Part shown: in pieces, positions 27,064 through 33,824 of the stretch | How the letters are laid out: each line of letters starts with the position of its first letter | Position numbering within the stretch: position 1 is the stretch's first letter | DNA from: a virus | Taxonomy: Duplodnaviria > Caudoviricetes | IMG/VR virus record: IMGVR_UViG_3300043908_002281 | Span: 1 to 34,764 of that record | Direction: 5' to 3' (one strand) | Length of the DNA: 34,764 bases | The notes under the pieces: model-generated | The model's input: the letters and a program-made list of their open reading frames with translations, nothing else | What the model was told of the DNA's origin: nothing | Database searches by the model: none | Program-made: the position numbers and the translations under genes

Positions 27064-27502
27064 CTGTAATCTCCTTTTTTTCTTTTTTAGACATTTTAAC
27101 CCAATCAGTCATATTAACATAATCCGGTGGTGTCGTTCCATTTAATCTTTTTTGTTCTAAGTTTTCTGCACATTTTTTCCAATACTCTTGATTTCTTTGA
27201 AAGGCATAATCATCTTCACATCCATAATATTTTAATGTAGTACAAGGTATAGTATAAGGGTCGTTCAAATCTACTCTTTGACTAAAACAACTTTCTCTAA
27301 TATTAAATATATTAGAACTATCTGGCATTATATGTTCAGAAGAATGCTCTCTTGTTAAGTTTCTAAAATTATTTAATTGCCTTGCGGTATTAAAATAAAA
27401 CTTTCTTAATCCGCCTTTTCTTTGCATTATTTCATATACCCATCTTGTTTTCCATTTTGGTGTCCAATCTTTTTCATATCTACTTCCATCAATATAACTC
27501 AT
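27032..27502 (-). CDS. Hypothetical protein
   Basis: 156-aa ORF coupled to the initiator gene. Confidence 0.6.
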   Translation of the reverse strand: MSYIDGSRYEKDWTPKWKTRWVYEIMQRKGGLRKFYFNTARQLNNFRNLTREHSSEHIMPDSSNIFNIRESCFSQRVDLNDPYTIPCTTLKYYGCEDDYAFQRNQEYWKKCAENLEQKRLNGTTPPDYVNMTDWVKMSKKEKKEITDAYKLKRQGQ

Positions 27503-28245
27503 CTTACCTCCGAATGTGCAACCATCTGTAAATCACAACACTCTATAAATAAATCTTTGTATTGTTGATTTTTTCTTTCTTTCCCACACTTGTTGCACTT
27601 ATAAGTGTAAGAAATTTGCTCTTCATCAGAATCTACAAACTTTTCATTTGCCTTACGCAACCAATTTCTAAAAAAAGAATTATAGTTTTTATAAACCTTA
27701 CCATTAGCAGATAACCAATCTACCATTCTATCATATTCTAATTTTACTTTTACCTTTGGAAATTCTTCTTGCAACTTTTGTAAGTTCTGTAATATAAGGG
27801 AAAGTTGTTCTTTCTTTGATAAATACTTCTTTACATTCTTATCATTCTTCTTCATTCTTATATTGTTTTCGTCAATGATTCGTTTATGATTCGTCTTTGA
27901 TTCGTCAGTGTGTCGCACATCCTGGTAAGTGTCGTAGTTATTGATAGTTAGGTGTGTCCATCTTTTTTCATCATGAATTGTAATCATGTTATCTTTTTCA
28001 AGTTTTTTTAAAAATCTTCTAACTTTTGATGGCGTCCACTTTAATTCATAACCCAACTTTTGTAAACTACTTACAACTTCCCCTCTTTTAATATCAACTA
28101 TCTCTGGTAATAAGTCTGAATATAAGGTTTTATTATCCTTATGATTAGCCCTCAATATAAGAAATAACCACGCTTTGAGATAATCGCCTCTTTGAAATAT
28201 CCAATGATGTTTTATATCTCGGTGTAGTTTTATCCAACCGCTCAT
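27499..28245 (-). CDS. Replication initiator / replisome organiser
   Basis: MSGWIKLHRDI N-terminus, winged helix WTPSKVRRFLKKLEKDNMI, FFRNWLRK C-domain; contains iterons. Confidence 0.85.
   Translation of the reverse strand: MSGWIKLHRDIKHHWIFQRGDYLKAWLFLILRANHKDNKTLYSDLLPEIVDIKRGEVVSSLQKLGYELKWTPSKVRRFLKKLEKDNMITIHDEKRWTHLTINNYDTYQDVRHTDESKTNHKRIIDENNIRMKKNDKNVKKYLSKKEQLSLILQNLQKLQEEFPKVKVKLEYDRMVDWLSANGKVYKNYNSFFRNWLRKANEKFVDSDEEQISYTYKCNKCGKERKNQQYKDLFIECCDLQMVAHSEVR
27834..27905. repeat. Iteron array, putative replication origin
   Basis: TGATTCGT at 27876, 27887 and 27898 (11-bp period) plus a degenerate copy at 27865; CATTCTT x3 at 27834, 27843 and 27853. Confidence 0.7.
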
Positions 28246-28547
28246 GCTTGTCCTTCACATGTATCAACAAAGGTGAGTTCTGTATCTTTCGTGAATTTAT
28301 TCATCCACCTTAACTCAATCTCGCTATCTCTCTCCTCGTCTGTTGTTGTTAAAAACACAATAAGCAATGCTAATTGAGTCATAACATCATTAAAAGCATG
28401 TGCTTCTTTTTCGTTTGCCGGTTTTAGTCTGCTTCCAATTAAGGCAATCATAAAGTTTTTAAAATACTGATACCTTTCATCTTCGGTTAAACTCCAAAAC
28501 TTACTTGATTTATAATAATCTATTTCTAATGCATTTATATCAAACAT
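28242..28547 (-). CDS. Hypothetical protein
   Basis: Start MFDINA at 28547 after GGAGG (TAATG coupling). Confidence 0.6.
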   Translation of the reverse strand: MFDINALEIDYYKSSKFWSLTEDERYQYFKNFMIALIGSRLKPANEKEAHAFNDVMTQLALLIVFLTTTDEERDSEIELRWMNKFTKDTELTFVDTCEGQA

Positions 28548-28819
28548 TAAATACCTCCATACTCTATTAAAATTGCTATATACCAAAACACACTTGTTGA
28601 TAACATGGTTATAATTATTGCAAGATAAATCTTGTCATTTCTATGCATGTTCCAAGAATGATATAATTGTTGATAGTATCTTTCTACCGGATTAAATGTC
28701 ATTCGTTTTGGATTCCTCTTCACACTCATCATAATATCAAATAATTTAGACGCAGTAAAAACATTTTTGTCTTTTGCATCATAACTATAATCATTAGATT
28801 CTAATACCTTGAACTTCAT
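28547..28819 (-). CDS. Hypothetical protein with a C-terminal TM helix
   Basis: Start MKFKVLE after AAGGAG; IYLAIIITMLSTSVFWYIAILI. Confidence 0.6.
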   Translation of the reverse strand: MKFKVLESNDYSYDAKDKNVFTASKLFDIMMSVKRNPKRMTFNPVERYYQQLYHSWNMHRNDKIYLAIIITMLSTSVFWYIAILIEYGGI

Positions 28820-28864
28820 TGTTCGCTCCTTTCTTTGTAGCATTCTCTCGTGGGAATGCTATAT

Positions 28865-29317
28865 CTAAAAATCTAAATCGTCTGATGTAATTTTCTTTGC
28901 GTAAGTCTTTTCAACTTTACCTTGTGCGTCTGTATCATCTACATCACACAATCCTAACATTGCAGCAAGAGAATATCTTCTGAAATAAGTGATAGCACTA
29001 CCTTGCGATTGATACATGTTTTGTCCTTGCAACTCTGCAATAGGCGATAACATTTGTGTAGCAATCCATTCTCCACTTGTGTGATAGAAGGTTGTTCTAA
29101 CACCTACTTCACTACCATTCCCTAATGGCATTTGTGTAAAAAATATACCATTTTTATTTAATGGCTCTTTTACTGCATCAACTAACTTATCTAACTTTAC
29201 ATACTTATACTTAAAGGCTTGTGTATCTTTTGTTAAGTTTTCTAATTCAGACTGCACTTTAACAAGTGCTTTTATAATATTTGTTCTTTCATTGCTCTCA
29301 AAACTTGTCCACATCAT
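28865..29317 (-). CDS. erf: ERF-family single-strand annealing recombinase
   Basis: GSAITYFRRYSLAAMLGL..D.DTD signature; HTSGEW. Confidence 0.9.
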   Translation of the reverse strand: MMWTSFESNERTNIIKALVKVQSELENLTKDTQAFKYKYVKLDKLVDAVKEPLNKNGIFFTQMPLGNGSEVGVRTTFYHTSGEWIATQMLSPIAELQGQNMYQSQGSAITYFRRYSLAAMLGLCDVDDTDAQGKVEKTYAKKITSDDLDF

Positions 29318-29457
29318 TTTTTATGCTCCTTTACATGTTCTTCTAAAACCATTCTAACTAATGCAGCAGTGCTACGATATTGACTTTTGGCTATGTTCCC
29401 CAAATCTATATATAAAGATTTAGGTATTTGAACACCAACCATTACTTTCTTTTCCAT
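29314..29457 (-). CDS. Ribbon-helix-helix DNA-binding protein (47 aa)
   Basis: Hand translation MEKKVMVGVQIPKSLYIDLGNIAKSQYRSTAALVRMVLEEHVKEHKK, an Arc/CopG-like pattern; AAGGAG SD. Confidence 0.75.
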   Translation of the reverse strand: MEKKVMVGVQIPKSLYIDLGNIAKSQYRSTAALVRMVLEEHVKEHKK

Positions 29458-29473
29458 TGTTTCTCCTTTTATA

Positions 29474-29533
29474 TGCCCAAAGGGAAGAGGTATTATGATA
29501 ACAAGTGAGTAAGATGTAAAACACCTTTGGGCA
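29474..29533 (-). ncRNA. Candidate antisense regulatory RNA (10-bp stem, 40-nt loop)
   Basis: TGCCCAAAGG (29474-83) / CCTTTGGGCA (29524-33); the loop is complementary to early-operon start regions. Confidence 0.55.
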
Positions 29534-29538
29534 ATTAT

Positions 29539-29712
29539 TTATCTTGATAGACTTTCTCTGATTACTTGTATTGTTCCAATTAACTTTTCCAACTTCAATT
29601 CATTAACATTGCCAATATTGTCCGGCAAGTTTTTGAGTGAGTGTAAAAGTATATTGCACTCTTCCCTATCATCCAACCTTAAAACTAAAACACTATTTGT
29701 ATTTTTTTCCAT
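29539..29712 (-). CDS. Hypothetical protein (57 aa)
   Basis: Hand translation MEKNTNSVLVLRLDDREECNILLHSLKNLP...RESLSR. Confidence 0.5.
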   Translation of the reverse strand: MEKNTNSVLVLRLDDREECNILLHSLKNLPDNIGNVNELKLEKLIGTIQVIRESLSR

Positions 29713-29759
29713 AGTTTTTTTATTAATTTAAATAGAATTTCAATCAATCCAAATACTTT

Positions 29760-30026
29760 TTAGTTTTCCTTTAAGTAATAAGTAGCATAAGTATATCCGC
29801 TATCATTACTTGCATAAGTTTCTTTGGTAATTATGTTATACCCTTGTTTACGAAGAGTGTAAATAATACCACTTAATCTTGTCGCATTATATTCTTGGAA
29901 CGCCTCCATTGATGTAATGCTACCATTTAATTCAAGATGTGTTAAAACCTTAGATGTTTTACCATAGGGTTTTCTATTTCTTCCATCTTTTATAGTTTTA
30001 ACTTTTCTTTTTTTATTAAACCACAT
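29760..30026 (-). CDS. Winged helix-turn-helix protein (HTH_39-like)
   Basis: GSITSMEAFQEYNATRLSGIIYTLRKQGYNI; AGGAGG SD. Confidence 0.8.
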   Translation of the reverse strand: MWFNKKRKVKTIKDGRNRKPYGKTSKVLTHLELNGSITSMEAFQEYNATRLSGIIYTLRKQGYNIITKETYASNDSGYTYATYYLKEN

Positions 30027-30082
30027 TTTATATTCCTCCTTGTACTATTACATATATTATAACTACAACTAATACTATCATA

Positions 30083-30298
30083 TCAAACATTTCCATCTTT
30101 CTTCCTCCAACTAAGTTTACTTTCTAAAAAAATTTGTCTTATAATTGTTTCGTTTTGTGCTTGATTATAATTATCAAATGGCGTCATACACATTTTATTA
30201 ACCATGCTTTCAACTCTAAGTTCATTTATATCGCTACAATGTTCTCTCGTCATTTTTTCTAAATTATTTGCAAACTTCTCAACACTATCATTTTTCAT
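30083..30298 (-). CDS. Hypothetical early protein
   Basis: AAGGAG SD; part of a coupled ORF array. Confidence 0.55.
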   Translation of the reverse strand: MKNDSVEKFANNLEKMTREHCSDINELRVESMVNKMCMTPFDNYNQAQNETIIRQIFLESKLSWRKKDGNV

Positions 30299-30494
30299 TT
30301 AAACACACTCCTTTTTTTACTAACCAATCTTGATATAAAATATGATTACAAGCATCTTTTTTAGAATTGCAAGTGTCGTCATCATAATCAAGTAAAACAT
30401 AATTACATGTTTCACACACCCATTGTCCTAAATAATATTTATTGACAACATATTTTTTGCCATTTATTTCTTGAATTTGATATTTACTACTCAC
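30288..30494 (-). CDS. Hypothetical Cys-containing early protein
   Basis: GTG at 30494 after AAGGAGG; CETC...C...C. Confidence 0.5.
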   Translation of the reverse strand: MSSKYQIQEINGKKYVVNKYYLGQWVCETCNYVLLDYDDDTCNSKKDACNHILYQDWLVKKGVCLNEK

Positions 30495-30714
30495 AACACG
30501 CCTCCTTTTCAAAATCTGTATGTTCTTTGCAATCCCCACAATTACCAAAATACTCTCCATCAAACTCGTGAATATTACCATAAGGTTTCGCACAACAACA
30601 TGTGCTTACAAGAGCAGCATCTTCGCAGCAATCACATGTATCAATTTCATGTGTAGTGCTAACCTGTGGAGCAGCAGTATTTTTTTCTTGAACATGTTTC
30701 AAATATTTCATCAT
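30487..30714 (-). CDS. Cys-rich hypothetical protein
   Basis: STCCCA...GNCGDCKEHTDF; start MMKYLK. Confidence 0.6.
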   Translation of the reverse strand: MMKYLKHVQEKNTAAPQVSTTHEIDTCDCCEDAALVSTCCCAKPYGNIHEFDGEYFGNCGDCKEHTDFEKEACCE

Positions 30715-30950
30715 ACCACCCAATCCTCTGTCCACCCAGAATCAATAGCAGAACTTATAACTTGTGATAACAATACTCTTGAATTACGCATGTAATCATA
30801 TAAAGTATATTCTCCGGTTTCCCAATGCTCCATAACATTACCATTAATTTCAATGAATTGTATCTCTGCAATTTTATGAACTCTTAGATATGTAATCATT
30901 GAATTGATTTGTCTATTAGTCCAATCTTTATGCATTTGAAATTCTTTCAT
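30711..30950 (-). CDS. Hypothetical early protein
   Basis: Start MKEFQ after GGAGG. Confidence 0.55.
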   Translation of the reverse strand: MKEFQMHKDWTNRQINSMITYLRVHKIAEIQFIEINGNVMEHWETGEYTLYDYMRNSRVLLSQVISSAIDSGWTEDWVV

Positions 30951-31081
30951 TTTAACCTCCATAACCACTTACATAACTCCCAACACATAACTGATAATAT
31001 AATTATTAATATAAGTTCATATGATTGCAGACATGCTACATACATTATGTCTGCTTCTGCATCATACCAATAGTGTCTCAT
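30947..31081 (-). CDS. Small membrane protein (44 aa)
   Basis: MRHYWYDAEADIMYVACLQSYELILIIILSVMCWELCKWLWRLK; ATGA overlaps at both ends. Confidence 0.55.
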   Translation of the reverse strand: MRHYWYDAEADIMYVACLQSYELILIIILSVMCWELCKWLWRLK

Positions 31082-31275
31082 TTTATATCCTCCAATGCTT
31101 CTGAACATGCGTCTGCAAAAGCAAGTTCTTTTTTATCAACAAATTCTTTCCACTCCTCATCAGACATTTTTTCATCTACATGTTCTTTTTCATACCATTG
31201 ACAAAGTATTACACCTTTGTTAATCAAATCATAGAATTGTTGTGTTTCTTTTTTGTTTAAGTTTCCTACTATCAT
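31078..31275 (-). CDS. Hypothetical acidic protein
   Basis: SD plus ATGA coupling. Confidence 0.6.
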   Translation of the reverse strand: MIVGNLNKKETQQFYDLINKGVILCQWYEKEHVDEKMSDEEWKEFVDKKELAFADACSEALEDIK

Positions 31276-31460
31276 TTTACATCCTCCTTAATAATCTCTA
31301 CACACTCAACTTGACTTCTATGTTCTTTAAAAAAATCTTTGCTCATATAATAAACTTCATTGTCTAATATTACATTTACACTTTTTTCCTTAAAGTCGTT
31401 AGTGTCAATTTCTTTTTCATAATAATTGTCATAATCTTTGACTATTATTTTATACTTCAT
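31272..31460 (-). CDS. Hypothetical protein
   Basis: SD plus ATGA coupling. Confidence 0.6.
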   Translation of the reverse strand: MKYKIIVKDYDNYYEKEIDTNDFKEKSVNVILDNEVYYMSKDFFKEHRSQVECVEIIKEDVK

Positions 31461-31810
31461 TTTACATTCTCCGATTGTAATGGTTTAAACTCTTTTTCGT
31501 TCCATGTGCAATAATACCACTTATTGTTTTTGAACAAATAGTTATACTCTTCCTTAGTCATGTCTTGTTCATTATCATAAATAGTAGGCTTAGTATCTTC
31601 GTGTTCGTCGTAATAATCAACTCTCTCTATATCTTCATATAAAGATGAAAAGTCGCCTTTGCTTATTAGTTTAACAATCTTATCGTATTCATTATAATGT
31701 GTTAATAAAACTCTCCCATTATAACTTAAATACCCATCCCAATGACAATAAACCATGTGAATCTTATTTGTTTCCTTGTCTTGATATGCGATATGACTTC
31801 TTGTTGCCAT
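31457..31810 (-). CDS. Conserved phage early protein (TRS...YCHWDGY family)
   Basis: MATRSHI...VYCHWDGY...EEYNYLF...WY. Confidence 0.7.
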   Translation of the reverse strand: MATRSHIAYQDKETNKIHMVYCHWDGYLSYNGRVLLTHYNEYDKIVKLISKGDFSSLYEDIERVDYYDEHEDTKPTIYDNEQDMTKEEYNYLFKNNKWYYCTWNEKEFKPLQSENVK

Positions 31811-31812
31811 GA

Positions 31813-32097
31813 TTAGTCCTCCCTAAAATATGTTTTGTTTTGAAATTTAATCTTAAATAGTGTTTCCATATTTATAACACGATAAGCACTTTTTTGAAAA
31901 TCAAATACTAATTGGTATGGATTATCTTTTTTCAGTGTGAATGATGGCTTTCCTGTGCCTTTAATATAAGATTTAACACCTAAACGACATACAATATCTC
32001 TCGTGCTTCCATCTTGTTTTATAAAACTTGCACTAAACAATTTGCCATCTGAATTTATAACAATGTCTTGTAATTGTTCTAAACTTACCTTCAACAT
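31813..32097 (-). CDS. SH3/WYL-like beta-barrel protein
   Basis: FIKQDGSTR...VFDFQKSAYRVIN. Confidence 0.65.
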   Translation of the reverse strand: MLKVSLEQLQDIVINSDGKLFSASFIKQDGSTRDIVCRLGVKSYIKGTGKPSFTLKKDNPYQLVFDFQKSAYRVINMETLFKIKFQNKTYFRED

Positions 32098-32101
32098 GTT
32101 T

Positions 32102-32290
32102 CTAACCCTCCAACTTCATATTTAATGTATTAGCAACTCTTTTTAAAAGTATTTCACAATAGTATCTTTCATCGGAGTTCATGCCATTATTCATCATGTC
32201 CTCTTTCCAAAAATAATCTATTGCTTCTTTACATGCTTTATCACTTACTTTATTTACATTAGGATATATTATTACTTGCTTCATCTTCAA
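32102..32290 (-). CDS. Hypothetical protein
   Basis: ORF in the early array with a GAGG SD. Confidence 0.55.
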   Translation of the reverse strand: MKMKQVIIYPNVNKVSDKACKEAIDYFWKEDMMNNGMNSDERYYCEILLKRVANTLNMKLEG

Positions 32291-32603
32291 CCTCTTCTTT
32301 CTTTTTAAATTGATTCCAATTTATTCTACTTTTTTTACTTAACTCAACTTCACATATACTATCAACATTGGATAATAAGCGAATAAACAACTTCAATTCT
32401 TTACATACTCTTTGATTATGTTTAGATGAATTACAAGAAAAGAATTTTATATCTTCAATTCCAAGCCTATTGTATTTAGCGGTTTGAATATATAACTTTC
32501 TTTTCTTTGTTTGTCTTGGATGCATTCCAATTTGCATTAGGTATTCTCTATGCCATTCAACTAATTGGATTGCTTCTTTCACTTTTTTCTTATTGATAAT
32601 CAT
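32259..32603 (-). CDS. Hypothetical basic protein, first gene of the early arm
   Basis: ATG 9 nt after a -10 box; no SD. Confidence 0.55.
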   Translation of the reverse strand: MIINKKKVKEAIQLVEWHREYLMQIGMHPRQTKKRKLYIQTAKYNRLGIEDIKFFSCNSSKHNQRVCKELKLFIRLLSNVDSICEVELSKKSRINWNQFKKKEEVEDEASNNIS

Positions 32604-32612
32604 AATATATAT

Positions 32613-32642
32613 AATCTATATAGGGGGGGGATATAAAGTCAA
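32613..32642 (-). promoter_or_regulatory. Sigma70-type promoter with a C8 tract in the spacer
   Basis: TTGACT (32642-37), 18 nt including C8 (32623-30), TAGATT (32618-13); A/T-rich upstream. Confidence 0.6.
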
Positions 32643-32832
32643 TAAAAAAAGTATAAATAATGAAAAAAAATAACATCACGCCATATTTCTCGCATGATAT
32701 AACCATAAAAAAATTACTACAAAGTGGGATAAGGTAGCCCTGCTGCAAAAAATTTTCAAAAAATTTCAAAATTTTTGGGCATTTTGACTGATTTTTGATG
32801 CATGTTTGCTTGATTTTTATTGCTGCGGTTGT

Positions 32833-32910
32833 TGAATCAGTGTGAATCCAAGTGAATCAAGCGTGTGAATCTGAATCCATCAAGCGTGTGAATCTGAATC
32901 CATCAAGCGT
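32833..32910. repeat. TGAATC array and 23-bp tandem repeat
   Basis: Seven TGAATC copies; ATCAAGCGTGTGAATCTGAATCC at 32856 and 32879, with a partial copy at 32902. Confidence 0.85.
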
Positions 32911-33141
32911 TAATCTGATTTGTGATGCATGATTTGATTGCTCCGCTCCGCTTCAATCTATGCTTCATATCTTGTGCCATCTTGAATCTTTGATTATCCA
33001 TGATTCATGCAAAATCCATGATTTTGATTGATTTGCTCAAAAAATGAAGCCTTAAAATGCCCTTAAATCGCATTAAAATGAATCAAGGCATATCAAAGTA
33101 TGCATGATTTTTGATGCTTTTTAGATTGATTGGTTAAGGGC

Positions 33142-33173
33142 AAAAAAAATGCCCTTGACGAATCAAGGGCATT
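33142..33173 (-). terminator. Rho-independent terminator of the amidoligase operon
   Basis: Perfect stem AATGCCCTTGA/TCAAGGGCATT, a UUCG loop on the minus strand, then a U tract. Confidence 0.85.
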
Positions 33174-33197
33174 CTTCTTTGTTGGTTGTGCTATTGT

Positions 33198-33824
33198 TTA
33201 GATGCTCTTCTTCTTGTCATCAGATTGCATCTTCCTTTGGTATCGCTTCCATGTTCTTCCATCCGGTATCCATTCATAGCCGGTAATCTCGCATGAATGA
33301 TTCAGATTGCTAAACCATATTCCATCTTGCCAACTTCCAAGATTTTCATTTGCAATCTTCCATGTGCCATTTTGATGCATGAAAATCAATTTGTTGCCAT
33401 TACCAATGAATGCTTCAACTAATCGCAAGTGCGAATTGTTGTCAATGTCAAATTTCATTTGTTGCAAAATATGTTTGTTGAAATATCTTGTATCTGAAAT
33501 GTCATTTGTTGAATCAACATTGTTTATCATTCCATTATGACAAAATACCATTTGTTTGCTAATCGCAAAGGGGTGGCAATTTTGCATCATGTCAGTGATT
33601 CCGCTTGTTGCTATTCGCATGTGAATCATGTAATCAGTATCATGATTAGCCATTGATTCTACAAGTGCATCAATGAATGTTTCTCTTTCCAATGATTTGA
33701 ACACTTGCAATTTACCATCCTTGACAAAGGCGAATCCTCCGCCATCTGAATTGGTATCCCATGCATCGTTTAGCGTCTCAACATCTATTGAGACGCCCTT
33801 TGGTTTTAATATTGCTACACACAT
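33198..33824 (-). CDS. Class II (Ntn) glutamine amidotransferase
   Basis: N-terminal MC nucleophile; NSDGGG, HMRIATSG, NCHPF, HNGMI and SDT motifs. Confidence 0.9.
   Translation of the reverse strand: MCVAILKPKGVSIDVETLNDAWDTNSDGGGFAFVKDGKLQVFKSLERETFIDALVESMANHDTDYMIHMRIATSGITDMMQNCHPFAISKQMVFCHNGMINNVDSTNDISDTRYFNKHILQQMKFDIDNNSHLRLVEAFIGNGNKLIFMHQNGTWKIANENLGSWQDGIWFSNLNHSCEITGYEWIPDGRTWKRYQRKMQSDDKKKSI

Noticed and set aside
30056-30087. Promoter TTGATA-19 nt-TATAAT upstream of the HTH gene
   Set aside because: It is plausible, but the 19-nt spacer and very AT-rich context make it too weak to call.
32856-32910. CRISPR-like array
   Set aside because: The 23-bp units are directly tandem with no unique spacers, and there are no cas genes.
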